NCBI GenBank assembly: GCA_963696385.1
Contig: CAVOKF010000003.1
Coordinates: 544,001-608,000 of the forward strand
DNA: 64,000 bases
Origin: an uncultured delta proteobacterium
GTDB taxonomy: Bacteria; Myxococcota_A; Polyangia; Polyangiales; Polyangiaceae
Reading direction: 5' to 3'
This document shows positions 27,699-37,078 of this stretch, piece by piece. A program made the position numbers and the translations under genes. A model generated the notes under the pieces. It was given only the letters and a program-made list of their open reading frames with translations, had not been told where the DNA came from and made no database searches. How positions within the stretch are numbered: position 1 is the first letter of the stretch; every line of letters begins with the position of its first letter.

Positions 27699-28724
27699 TC
27701 AGTTCGCCGACGCGCGAGCTCCCTGATCGACCTTTCCTTCCGGCACATCCTTGAGGACGGCGTCGATGACTTGGTCGGTCTGAATCCCTTCGGCCTCGCC
27801 CTCGAAGTTGAGCAACACGCGATGGCGAAGCGCCGCGTGAACGACCGCTCTCATGTCGTCGACGCTCGCGGCAAATCGGCCGTCAAACAACGCTCGAATC
27901 TTCGCCGCGAGCAGCACCGACTGCGCGCCGCGCGGCGAGCTGCCGTAGCGCACGAAACGCTTGGCGATATCGGGCGCATCGGGGCCGTCCGGATGGGTCG
28001 CCTGCACGACGCGGATCGCGTAGTCCTGGACGTACCGCGCGACCGGTACCCTGCGGGCGAGACGTTGCATATCCAGAATGGTCGCCCGATCGAGTACGGC
28101 TCGCCGCGGCTCGAGGCCGGAACCGGTCGTCAAGTCGAGAATCCGATGGAGCTCCTCACGATCCGGAAAACGCACGAATAGTTTGAAGAAGAACCGGTCG
28201 AGCTGTGCCTCGGGCAGTGGATACGTGCCTTCCATTTCGAGTGGATTTTGGGTCGCCAGAACCACGAACGGCTCGTCGAGCGAGTGCGTTCGCTTGCCGA
28301 CCGTGACCCGGTGCTCTTGCATCGCCTCCAGCAGGGCGCTTTGGGTCTTGGGCGTCGCACGGTTCACCTCGTCGGCGAGAACGATGTTCGCGAACACGGG
28401 GCCCTTCCGAAACTCAAATGTCTTCGCACCGCCCTGGGTCTCGTCGATCACGGTCGTCCCTAAGATGTCGGCTGGCATGAGGTCGGGCGTGAACTGGATG
28501 CGCGAAAATGTGAGCGACAGCGTCTCGGCCAAGGTGCGAACGAGCATCGTCTTGCCGAGCCCGGGTACGCCTTCGAGCAGGGCGTGCCCGCCGGCGAGCA
28601 TGCAGGTGATCACGCCGTCGATGACTTCGCGATTGCCGACGATTGATTTTGCAATCTCGTCCCGGAGATCGTCGATCTGCTTTCGAAAAATAGAAACTTG
28701 ATCTCGAACGGCTGACGTGTCCAT
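27699..28724 (-). CDS. MoxR-family AAA+ ATPase
   Basis: GVPGLGKT, RIQFTPDLMPAD, LADEVNR, ATQNPLE.EGTYPLPEAQLDRF. Confidence 0.96.
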   Translation of the reverse strand: MDTSAVRDQVSIFRKQIDDLRDEIAKSIVGNREVIDGVITCMLAGGHALLEGVPGLGKTMLVRTLAETLSLTFSRIQFTPDLMPADILGTTVIDETQGGAKTFEFRKGPVFANIVLADEVNRATPKTQSALLEAMQEHRVTVGKRTHSLDEPFVVLATQNPLEMEGTYPLPEAQLDRFFFKLFVRFPDREELHRILDLTTGSGLEPRRAVLDRATILDMQRLARRVPVARYVQDYAIRVVQATHPDGPDAPDIAKRFVRYGSSPRGAQSVLLAAKIRALFDGRFAASVDDMRAVVHAALRHRVLLNFEGEAEGIQTDQVIDAVLKDVPEGKVDQGARASAN

Positions 28725-28732
28725 CGGTGCGC

Positions 28733-30706
28733 TCAAGGGGCCTCCCGCGGGCGGATGAGATCGAAGTAACGCTTCACGTAAAAGCGATAGCCGCCCGGAA
28801 TTTCGTCCTTGGCGAGCGACTCTTCCGCGACCTGGTGATACTCGGTGAAGACTTTCTGGTAATTGCGCGAAGCGAACCCGCGTTCGGCAGCCCCGAGGAT
28901 CACCTGACTTCGGGTCCCTCCCTGGGCCGAATCGGCCCCTTGCACCTGCGTGTCTTCGGTGCCCATGTTCGGCTGCGTCGGTTGGCCTTGCACGTGGGGA
29001 TCGTGACCCTCTCCCCAACGTCCCGGCGCGCCCGCCTTCGAAGGATTCGCGGCATCGTCGCCCTGCGCCCCTTCCGAGCGGGAACGTGCCTCGGAGAACA
29101 TGAGGATCTTCTCTCCATTGGGGCCGACGATCCACGCTTCGCCGCCCTGCGCGTTTCCCGGCGGGTTGCCACCCGATCCGGGGCCTTGTGCTTGTGCGCC
29201 CGAGCCGCCCGCTTGCCCCCGCGGTCCTTGCGCCTGTCCGCCCTCGCCATCCCGGCTGTCTCCGCTTTGGCCCGCTCCGCCCTGAGACGATCCCCGCTGA
29301 CCCGATTGGCCCCGGGCCATTCGACCGAAGCGCTTCAGGCGAACGACCTGTGAGCCGCCAGCCTGCCCTTGTTGCCGCAACAGCTCGCGCATCTCCTCGA
29401 GCTTCTGCCGCAAGTCGTCCTTTTGCTGCTGCGACATCTCTTGCTGTTCCAACCGGTTCAGGTCCTCCGCGCCTTGATCGAGTTCCTGCGCGCTCAGTCC
29501 GAGGTCTTTCATCAAGTCCTCGGCGGCCTTTTGAAGCTCGCGGTCGAGACGGTCGAGCTGCTGGCCGGCGCTGCGCTGCTCGCTCAAATCGCGATCCAAA
29601 CGGTCGAGCTCCGCCTGCTTCTTGTCGAGAAGGCTGGGCTCTTCGTCGGTGCCGGCGTCGCCGTGGTTCTGCTTCGTCTTGAGGATTTCGTCGGCGAGCT
29701 GCTGACGACGTCGCTCGAGCTGATTCTGCCTTTCCTGCGCCCTTTGGACGGTCTTCTGGATCGCCTCGCGCATCTGATCGAGCTTCGACCTGTCGACCGA
29801 CGCGGATGAGCCGCGCACCTTCTTGGCGAGTTGGTGCAGAGCGTCGCGAGCCTTCGGAAGCTCGTCGTTCGACAGCGCCACGCCCACCGAACGCGTCAGC
29901 TCGGCCTTGCGCATTTCATTGCCCATCGCCTCGAGCCGCTGATCGAGCACCGCCCTGTCGGTCGCACTGGCCAGCCCTAGCTTCTGGTCGAGTGCCTCCA
30001 GGCGCCGGAACACCTCGGTGCGATCGAGACGTTCGCTCGCGATGTCGTCGACGAGCTTGTTAAACTCCTCAATCGTCACTTTGACGTCATCACCGGGGTT
30101 CCGATCGCGGATTTGCTTCAAGAAGTCTTTGACGCCTTCGAGATCGTCCGGGGCCATTTCGATGGGATCGATCGTACGGGCGTGCGCGACGACAGCGTGA
30201 TGGCGAACCTCGAAGAGCATCAAGCCCATCCAGACGCCCGCCAGGCCAGCCGCGACGGCCAGGGCGCGGGGCAGGACGATCGGCACCGCGCGGGCCGGGC
30301 GGGCGCCGCTTGCGAGCGCGACCGCATCGTCGATCGCGGCGTCTGTGAACGGGGTCCGATCGTCGGGCGGCCGCGCCCCAAAGACCAACGCGCTGCCGAG
30401 GCGATCGTGCCATCCGTGAAATCGATCCAGCGCCCGAGCGCCAGCCCTCTCGGGCAGACGCCGGGCGTACGCGACCGCTCCGGTGATGGCGGCCGATGCA
30501 AGCGCAAGCCCCAAGACAATCCGAGCCGCCAGCTCGTCGACGACGCCCACCTTGCGAAGAGCGACATCGAGGATCGCGACGCCAAGCGCAACGCACAGCG
30601 CGTTCGACGTGGAGCGAAGGCCACGAAGGCCACGGATGCGGCGCTCGGCCTGACGCGCCACTCGGTCGATGCGTTGGATACCGGGTCCTTGCCGCTCGCG
30701 GCTCAT
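28733..30706 (-). CDS. Membrane-anchored coiled-coil protein with a Gly/Gln-rich tail (MoxR operon partner)
   Basis: Three N-terminal hydrophobic segments, DRL.SAL motif, long coiled coil, C-terminal IPGGYRFYVKRYF. Confidence 0.85.
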   Translation of the reverse strand: MSRERQGPGIQRIDRVARQAERRIRGLRGLRSTSNALCVALGVAILDVALRKVGVVDELAARIVLGLALASAAITGAVAYARRLPERAGARALDRFHGWHDRLGSALVFGARPPDDRTPFTDAAIDDAVALASGARPARAVPIVLPRALAVAAGLAGVWMGLMLFEVRHHAVVAHARTIDPIEMAPDDLEGVKDFLKQIRDRNPGDDVKVTIEEFNKLVDDIASERLDRTEVFRRLEALDQKLGLASATDRAVLDQRLEAMGNEMRKAELTRSVGVALSNDELPKARDALHQLAKKVRGSSASVDRSKLDQMREAIQKTVQRAQERQNQLERRRQQLADEILKTKQNHGDAGTDEEPSLLDKKQAELDRLDRDLSEQRSAGQQLDRLDRELQKAAEDLMKDLGLSAQELDQGAEDLNRLEQQEMSQQQKDDLRQKLEEMRELLRQQGQAGGSQVVRLKRFGRMARGQSGQRGSSQGGAGQSGDSRDGEGGQAQGPRGQAGGSGAQAQGPGSGGNPPGNAQGGEAWIVGPNGEKILMFSEARSRSEGAQGDDAANPSKAGAPGRWGEGHDPHVQGQPTQPNMGTEDTQVQGADSAQGGTRSQVILGAAERGFASRNYQKVFTEYHQVAEESLAKDEIPGGYRFYVKRYFDLIRPREAP

Positions 30707-31082
30707 GCGTCTAACCCCTGCGGCGAGCCAGGCACGCTCGCCGCAGCTGCTTCCAGGAGTAAACGTTCTGAAGGGCGCAAAGGTTTCCGGTATTTCCGCT
30801 TTCGACGCGCCGTTGCCGCGCGCACGTCCGCTGCACCGTAGTCTAGCAAAGCGTCGGCGGTGTACCCGCCGAGGCTTTGAGGTCGGCATCGTTCGTTCGC
30901 GAGCGCGAAGTCCGATCCGCGTGCACAGGCGCCCACACGCGGGCGATCGGTCGACCACGACGTCGCCGAGCGCTTCCGCCATGAGCGGCCGAGAACGGTG
31001 AAGCGCGTGCCCTGCGCTCCGCTGGGACTGGCTGCACGATTGCGCGTACGCTGTCGCGACAGCACCCGTGCAATCGTCACCG

Positions 31083-32267
31083 ATGACTGGCTGGCCCGAC
31101 CCCGTAGCCGGATCGACGAGCGCTCCGGCGCGAATTCTTCTGGTCGACGACGAAGAGGCGCTCGTGCGCGCGATTGCCCGCGTTTTGATGAGCAGAGGCT
31201 ACGAGGTAGCCACGGCCGGGGACGGACGCCGGGCCGCAGAGCTTTTGGCGCATACGTCGTTCGACGCCGTGGTCAGCGACATCGATATGCCCAAGATGAA
31301 CGGCGTTCAGCTTCTCCAAACGGTCCGTCAGCTCGATTTGGACGTGCCCGTCATCCTCATGACCGGTGATCCCGGCCTTACGACGGCGATGCAGGCGGTC
31401 GCGCTCGGCGCGTTCCGGTACCTGACCAAGCCCATCGACACGGACGACCTCGAGAGGGTCGTGTTGCACGCGGTCCGGCTCAACCATATGGCGCGCATGA
31501 AACGAGAGGCTCTTGCGCTCGTCGGCCATGGAGGATTGGGCCTGAGCGATCGCACCGGGCTCGAAACGAGCTTCGAGCGCGCTCTTTCGACCATGTGGAT
31601 GGCTTACCAGCCCATCGTGCGCGCGGCCGATCGATCGCTCTTCGGGTACGAGGCTCTGCTCCGCAGTGACGACACGGCGCTCCCCCACCCCGGTGCAATC
31701 ATCGACGCCGCCGAACGCCTCTCGCGGCTGCCCGACTTGGGCCGCAAGGCTCGTGCAGCCGCGTGCGTGCCGTTGCCCAAGGCGCCGACCGATGCTCTGC
31801 TCTTCGTCAACCTGCATGCACTCGATCTCATGGACGAGGCGTTGCTGTCGCCCACGTCGCCACTGTCCGCGGTCGCGGATCGCGTCGTGCTCGAAGTCAC
31901 CGAGCGCACCTCACTCGACGAGGTTACGGACCCGCGGCCGAGAATTGCCGAGTTGCGCCGTATGGGCTTTCGAATCGCCATCGACGACTTGGGCGCCGGC
32001 TATGCGGGGCTCACCAGCTTCGCGACGCTGGAGCCCGAGTTCGTCAAGCTCGACATGTCCCTCGTCCGCGACGTGCACAAGAGCCCCATGAAGGAAAAGT
32101 TGGTGGGGTCGATCACTTCGCTTTGCAAAGAATTAGGAATGATGGTCGTCGCGGAGGGCGTCGAGACGGCCCTCGAACGCGACATGCTCGTGGCGCTCGG
32201 CTGCGACCTCTTGCAGGGGTATCTTCTCGCCATGCCCGGCCGGCCGTTTCCGACGTTTGCCTGGTGA
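31083..32267 (+). CDS. REC-EAL c-di-GMP phosphodiesterase
   Basis: Receiver ILLVDDE..SDIDMP..KP; YQP, EAL, FVN, LEVTE, DDLGAGY, KLD, EGVE and QGY all present. Confidence 0.95.
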   Translation: MTGWPDPVAGSTSAPARILLVDDEEALVRAIARVLMSRGYEVATAGDGRRAAELLAHTSFDAVVSDIDMPKMNGVQLLQTVRQLDLDVPVILMTGDPGLTTAMQAVALGAFRYLTKPIDTDDLERVVLHAVRLNHMARMKREALALVGHGGLGLSDRTGLETSFERALSTMWMAYQPIVRAADRSLFGYEALLRSDDTALPHPGAIIDAAERLSRLPDLGRKARAAACVPLPKAPTDALLFVNLHALDLMDEALLSPTSPLSAVADRVVLEVTERTSLDEVTDPRPRIAELRRMGFRIAIDDLGAGYAGLTSFATLEPEFVKLDMSLVRDVHKSPMKEKLVGSITSLCKELGMMVVAEGVETALERDMLVALGCDLLQGYLLAMPGRPFPTFAW

Positions 32268-32318
32268 ATGTGCCGAAAAGACTGGCGCTTGCCGCCCGTT
32301 CACGGTTGAAATCCACGC

Positions 32319-33065
32319 GTGGCGCCCAGGCTCCCCTCCGCCGATTCCGAAACCGTACCGATCGCCCTTCCGATGCCGGCGACGCCCCCCACCCACGTCG
32401 CCGTCGTCCCGACTGCACCGGCCTTGGCCGACCTACCCCGACCGCCCGCAATCCAAATCGCCGTCGCTCGCGATTGCTCGGCCGACGCGGGCGCGACGGG
32501 AGGCTTTCTCGACGTCCGCCGTCTCGACCTGGTGGCGCAATATCCGGACGGCACCCGAAGCGAACCATTCCCGTACGACATCGGAACGCGCAAGGCACTC
32601 GATGCGGTCGTCATCGCTGCCCATTACTTCCGAGAAGGCTCGCGCTTCGTCTACCTTCGGTCGGCCGTCCGTCCACCTTGCGCTCTGCGCCCGATCGCGC
32701 CGGCGCATGATGGATCCCTATGGGAGTTTCCGGCCGGCTTGGTCGAAGTGGGCGAAGAGCCACGGACCACCGCCGCACGCGAGCTCGGCGAAGAGCTCGG
32801 CTTCTTCGTCGAGGCCGAAACCATCCGAGCGCTCGGCCCCTGGACATTTCCGGCCCCGGGGATGATCGGCGAACGTCATATTTTCTTCGAGGTCGAGGTC
32901 GATCCCAACACACGATCGGTCCCGACGGAGGACGGATCGGCGCTCGAGCGCGCGGCCGCGATCCTCGTCGTTTCGCTCCGCGACGTCATCGAGAACTGCC
33001 GCACGGGTGCGATCCGGGATTCGAAGACCGAGCTCGCTGCGCGTCGGCTGGCGGAGCGCCTGTGA
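32319..33065 (+). CDS. Nudix hydrolase (ADP-ribose pyrophosphatase-like)
   Basis: EFPAGLVEVGEEPRTTAARELGEELG Nudix box and I.DSKT tail. Start uncertain. Confidence 0.88.
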   Translation: MAPRLPSADSETVPIALPMPATPPTHVAVVPTAPALADLPRPPAIQIAVARDCSADAGATGGFLDVRRLDLVAQYPDGTRSEPFPYDIGTRKALDAVVIAAHYFREGSRFVYLRSAVRPPCALRPIAPAHDGSLWEFPAGLVEVGEEPRTTAARELGEELGFFVEAETIRALGPWTFPAPGMIGERHIFFEVEVDPNTRSVPTEDGSALERAAAILVVSLRDVIENCRTGAIRDSKTELAARRLAERL

Positions 33066-34036
33066 GTGCTCCGACCGACGAGGATACGACCGCAGGCAGC
33101 GCGCCGCGTGTGTGCGTCGTTCTCAAACAGTCCTCCTGGCAGCGTTGGGTCGACGAGGAAGCGGATCCGCGGATCTTGGCGCTGCTCGAGGCGGGCGACG
33201 AGACGGTCCAGCGCATGCGCGCAAGTCATGTCGACCACCTTGAAACCATCGACGAGGTTCGTGCCGCCCTCGCCGAGTTGCGAGTCGAATCGATGTGGTC
33301 CGATCATCCGCATGGGTTTAGCGTCGAGGGTCGTTGCAATCTCGTCGTCACGGTCGGCGGAGACGGGACGCTTCTCGGTGCCTCGCACGGAATCGGCACC
33401 GGCGTTCCGCTCCTCGGGGTCAACAGCGCGCCCGACCACTCCGTGGGTTTTTTCTGCGGCGCTAGCAAAGGCCACGTCCATGCGGCCCTTGCGGCCGCAT
33501 TGCGCGGCGCCCTTCCACGCACGGAGCTCACACGGATGAGCGTCGATCTGAACGGACGCAGGCTGTTCGACCGAGTGCTCAACGAGTCGCTCTTTTGCCA
33601 CGTCTCGCCCGCCGCAACTTCAAGGTATATCTTGCGCAAAATCGATGCGCGCCGGCAGGTTTTGGCCGGCGAAGAACAGAAATCCAGCGGGCTCTGGGTG
33701 GGGCCGGCCGCGGGATCCACGGCAGCGCAGCAGAGCGCGGGGGGCCGCGTATTGCCGCTTAGCTCTCAAAGCTTGCAATACGTCGTACGCGAACCGTATC
33801 GGCCCCATGGTGAAGCCCTCGAACTTACGTGTGGGTTGATTGACCAGGGAGAGGTCTTGGCCATCAAGAGCAAGATGAAGCAATCCTGTCTCTTCGTGGA
33901 TGGTGACCACCTCGTCGCAGAAGTGACGATCGGCGACGTCGTCGAGATGCGCCGCTCCGACCAGCCGCTGCTTGTGCTAGGTCTCGGCGCAAATGGCCGT
34001 AGGCGTAGCGCGCTCGGGAGCCCCGCCGCCGGTTAG
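33062..34036 (+). CDS. nadK: NAD(+)/NADH kinase
   Basis: GGDGT, GVN, LNE and GSTA motifs; GTGA overlap with the Nudix gene. Confidence 0.88.
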   Translation: MSAPTDEDTTAGSAPRVCVVLKQSSWQRWVDEEADPRILALLEAGDETVQRMRASHVDHLETIDEVRAALAELRVESMWSDHPHGFSVEGRCNLVVTVGGDGTLLGASHGIGTGVPLLGVNSAPDHSVGFFCGASKGHVHAALAAALRGALPRTELTRMSVDLNGRRLFDRVLNESLFCHVSPAATSRYILRKIDARRQVLAGEEQKSSGLWVGPAAGSTAAQQSAGGRVLPLSSQSLQYVVREPYRPHGEALELTCGLIDQGEVLAIKSKMKQSCLFVDGDHLVAEVTIGDVVEMRRSDQPLLVLGLGANGRRRSALGSPAAG

Positions 34037-34227
34037 GCCAAACGAGCGCCGATGCCGCCAAGCGGCCCGGGCGGGGCACGGGCCCCGACCCCTTGTCTCG
34101 TTCGGATCGCTGCGTACGATGCTGCGCGCCGCTACCTGCGTTTTGCAGGCGTGTGGAACTGTCGTCCGGCATGAGTCGGGATTAAGGTTTGTTGGAACCG
34201 TCGCGAGTGGGTCGGCCGAGGCGCTGC

Positions 34228-35334
34228 ATGTCCATTTTTGATGCAGGAAAGCCCCATCCCCGCCGACCGCGCCAAGGATCGGCTCTGCGAGTTCAATCGC
34301 CCGCCGTGTCGCAGGCGCTCGGGATGCGCTCCTTTGGCCTGGACTCCAGCGGACCCGAACGCCTCGCGAGCGGAGCCGCCCTGCTGGTGGGCAACTTCGC
34401 TTCCCAGGATTGGCTGATTCTCGGGTATTTGGTCGCGTTGCTCGTCGCTCTCGCCCTCGGCGCCGGGCACAACCGGGCGGCCTGCGCGGTGCGAGTGTGT
34501 GCCGATCTTACGGGGTACCTATTCGTGCTCACGATGGTACGGCTTCCGGTGCTTCGCTGGAGCGGCTCGCTGAGTTCGCTACTTTATCGGCTCGCGGTCG
34601 TCGCGACAGTGGTTGGATCGTTCTTCCAACTGCGCGAGATTCTTCCCGCCGTGAGTCCCTGGGCGGATGACTCGCGCATCTACGCTTTCGACTTGCATGT
34701 GTTCGGGTTCGAGCCGAGCGTGTGGCTCGATCGGTTCGTATCGCGACCGTCGACGGAGTGGTTCGCCTTCTTCTATTTTCTGTATTTCTTGATCCTGACC
34801 ATTCACGTGCTGCCCATGCTTTTGTTCGAGCGCAACGTTCAAGTGCTGGGTCGTTTCGCGGTGGGGCTGTTGCTGGTGTTCTTGACGGCTCACCTGCTTT
34901 ATATGGTCGTGCCCGGTTGGGGGCCGTACTGGTACCTGCATGGATCGTTTCGCCGTCCGCTCGTCGGTGGACCCTTCTGGAAGCTCGTCGGTGCCACGGT
35001 CGATGCCGGGGGAGCGCAGAAGGACATTTTCCCCTCCCTTCATACGGCCGTGCCTACGTTCTTTGCGATCTTCAGCTGCCGTCACCGAAAATTGGCGCCT
35101 TTCAAGTATACCTGGGTCGTCATGTCGTTTTTTGCGACGCAGATGATCCTCGCAACCATGTTCTTGCGTTGGCATTACCTCGTGGACGTCGTCGCCGGCG
35201 TCACGTTGGCCGTCGCCGGCGCCTACGCCGGGGCTCGGATCGCCGATTGGGAGCACGCGAAGCGCGAACGACTCGGGCTTCAGGCCGCGTGGATGCCGCT
35301 CGTATACCCTTGGGAGCGCACGGGCGGCGGCTGA
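34228..35334 (+). CDS. PAP2-superfamily membrane protein, Aur1/IPC-synthase-like
   Basis: Multiple TMs; P..GP, FPSLH and HYLVD motifs. Confidence 0.85.
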   Translation: MSIFDAGKPHPRRPRQGSALRVQSPAVSQALGMRSFGLDSSGPERLASGAALLVGNFASQDWLILGYLVALLVALALGAGHNRAACAVRVCADLTGYLFVLTMVRLPVLRWSGSLSSLLYRLAVVATVVGSFFQLREILPAVSPWADDSRIYAFDLHVFGFEPSVWLDRFVSRPSTEWFAFFYFLYFLILTIHVLPMLLFERNVQVLGRFAVGLLLVFLTAHLLYMVVPGWGPYWYLHGSFRRPLVGGPFWKLVGATVDAGGAQKDIFPSLHTAVPTFFAIFSCRHRKLAPFKYTWVVMSFFATQMILATMFLRWHYLVDVVAGVTLAVAGAYAGARIADWEHAKRERLGLQAAWMPLVYPWERTGGG

Positions 35335-35346
35335 GCGGACGACCCC

Positions 35347-36399
35347 ATGCTCGGATTCGAGATTATCGGCACGGGCCACTATGTGCCGGGGCGCCCCGTG
35401 TCGAACGACGACTTGTCGCGGGTCATGGACACGAGCGACGAATGGATCTTCAAGCGGTCGGGGATCCGGCAACGGCACTATGCCCCTGAAGGCGTAGGCG
35501 CAAGCGACCTCGCCGTGGAGGCGAGCAAGCGGGCGCTCGAGGCCGCCTGCGTTCGGCCGGACGAGATCGATTACGTCATTTTTTCTACGATGACGCCGGA
35601 CTACATTTTTCCGGGACCGGGAGCGCTGCTCGCGCACAAGCTCGGGCTAAGCGGCACGCCGGCCCTCGACATCCGGCAGCAATGCGCGGCGATGCTCTTC
35701 GGGTTGCAGATCGTCGACGGGCTCGTGCAAAGTCGAGCGGCCCGCACGATTCTGTTCGTCGGCGCCGAAGCGCACGCTGGGTTCATGCCTTGGGAGGACT
35801 GGGATGCGCTCGAACCCGGCGGCCGCAGCGCCAGCCCCGAAGCCAAAGCCCGCGCCAACAAGCATCGGGCTCTCGCCGTGCTCTTCGGCGATGGTGCAGG
35901 GGCATTGGTGTTTCGAGCGACCGAACGCGACGCGGGGCTGCGCGGAATCAAACTTCACACGGACGGGGCCGCGGCGAAACTTTTGTACGTGGAAGGGGGC
36001 GGCTTTCGGTCACGCCCTTACTGGAAGCACTCGGACTACGACGAGCAACGGTACATCCCGACGATGGACGGGCGCGAGCTTTTCAAGTTCGCAGTCACAC
36101 GTCTTCCGGAATGCGCCCGCGCGCTGTGCACCGAGACCGATACGCCCATGGACACCATTGACCTGTTCTTGGCACACCAGGCCAATTCAAGAATCAACGA
36201 CTATGTCCGCGATCAGCTGGGTGTTCCACCCCACAAGCTGCCTTCGAACATCGACCGCTTCGGCAACACCAGCGCGGCCACGCTTCCCATTTTGATCGAC
36301 GAACAAACGCGCGCGGGCCATCTGAAGGCGGGTGATTTGTGCATGCTTTTGGCGCTGGGCGCAGGCGTGCATTGGGGATGTGCGCTCGTGCGCTGGTAG
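35347..36399 (+). CDS. fabH: Ketoacyl-ACP synthase III family protein
   Basis: DTSDEWI..RSGI, catalytic C (QQCA), FGDGAGA, HQAN, GNTSAA. Confidence 0.9.
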   Translation: MLGFEIIGTGHYVPGRPVSNDDLSRVMDTSDEWIFKRSGIRQRHYAPEGVGASDLAVEASKRALEAACVRPDEIDYVIFSTMTPDYIFPGPGALLAHKLGLSGTPALDIRQQCAAMLFGLQIVDGLVQSRAARTILFVGAEAHAGFMPWEDWDALEPGGRSASPEAKARANKHRALAVLFGDGAGALVFRATERDAGLRGIKLHTDGAAAKLLYVEGGGFRSRPYWKHSDYDEQRYIPTMDGRELFKFAVTRLPECARALCTETDTPMDTIDLFLAHQANSRINDYVRDQLGVPPHKLPSNIDRFGNTSAATLPILIDEQTRAGHLKAGDLCMLLALGAGVHWGCALVRW

Positions 36400-36457
36400 G
36401 CTGAAAGCGAGCTACGCATCCGCGTGACCCCGTCCGCGCGTGCTACGCTTGTCCTTC

Positions 36458-37078
36458 ATGCTGCGCGCGAAGCTCCGTACACGGGCCGCGGGCCTCTTGC
36501 TCGGGTTAGTTGGGGCGGCGTTCGGGCCCATCGTTCCGAAAGCGGCACAGGCTTCGGTCTCGATTGCAGCCACATGGGACGGTCTCTTGCGCGAATCGAC
36601 GGCCGTCGCCATCGTCACGCCCACCGATACCACATCGGTCTGGGAGAACGGCCGGATCTACAGCTATACGCAGCTGAGCGTCGATCGCGCGATTGCCGGA
36701 CCGCTGACGACAGGAAGCGCCGCAGTCGTTCGGACACTTGGCGGCATCGTGGGCAACCTCGGGCAAGAGGTCGAGGGAGAAGCGGTCTTTACGCCGGGCA
36801 AGTCATCGCTCGTTTTCTTCCGGGCCTACGCGCAAAGCGCCGCGATCCATACCTTCGAAGTCGCGGCACGCGGTCAGGGCCAGTTTCCCGTCGTCGCCGG
36901 TGATGGCCAACAACCCGCGCGCGTGGTGCGCAGCCACAACGCCGGAATGATCGTTTTGCCTCGCGTCCCCTCCCCCGTCATCGAGCCCCTTCTCGCGGCG
37001 GACGTCCTTCACGGAAGCACGGTCGACGACGCCGCGCGGAACATCCAGTCCGCGTGGGAACGCCTGCATGTTCCGTGA
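36458..37078 (+). CDS. Secreted beta-rich hypothetical protein
   Basis: Signal peptide ending AQA; W.NGRIYSY, RTLGG.VG..GQ.VEGEA.F pattern. Confidence 0.8.
   Translation: MLRAKLRTRAAGLLLGLVGAAFGPIVPKAAQASVSIAATWDGLLRESTAVAIVTPTDTTSVWENGRIYSYTQLSVDRAIAGPLTTGSAAVVRTLGGIVGNLGQEVEGEAVFTPGKSSLVFFRAYAQSAAIHTFEVAARGQGQFPVVAGDGQQPARVVRSHNAGMIVLPRVPSPVIEPLLAADVLHGSTVDDAARNIQSAWERLHVP

Noticed and set aside
29100..29330. Gly/Gln-rich stretch as a collagen-like or repeat element
   Set aside because: Low-complexity linker without a strict Gly-X-Y period or DNA-level repeat.
35347..36399. FabH-fold gene as the missing HMG-CoA synthase
   Set aside because: It has the KAS III Cys-His-Asn motifs (HQAN, GNTSAA, FGDGAGA) rather than HMGS signatures.
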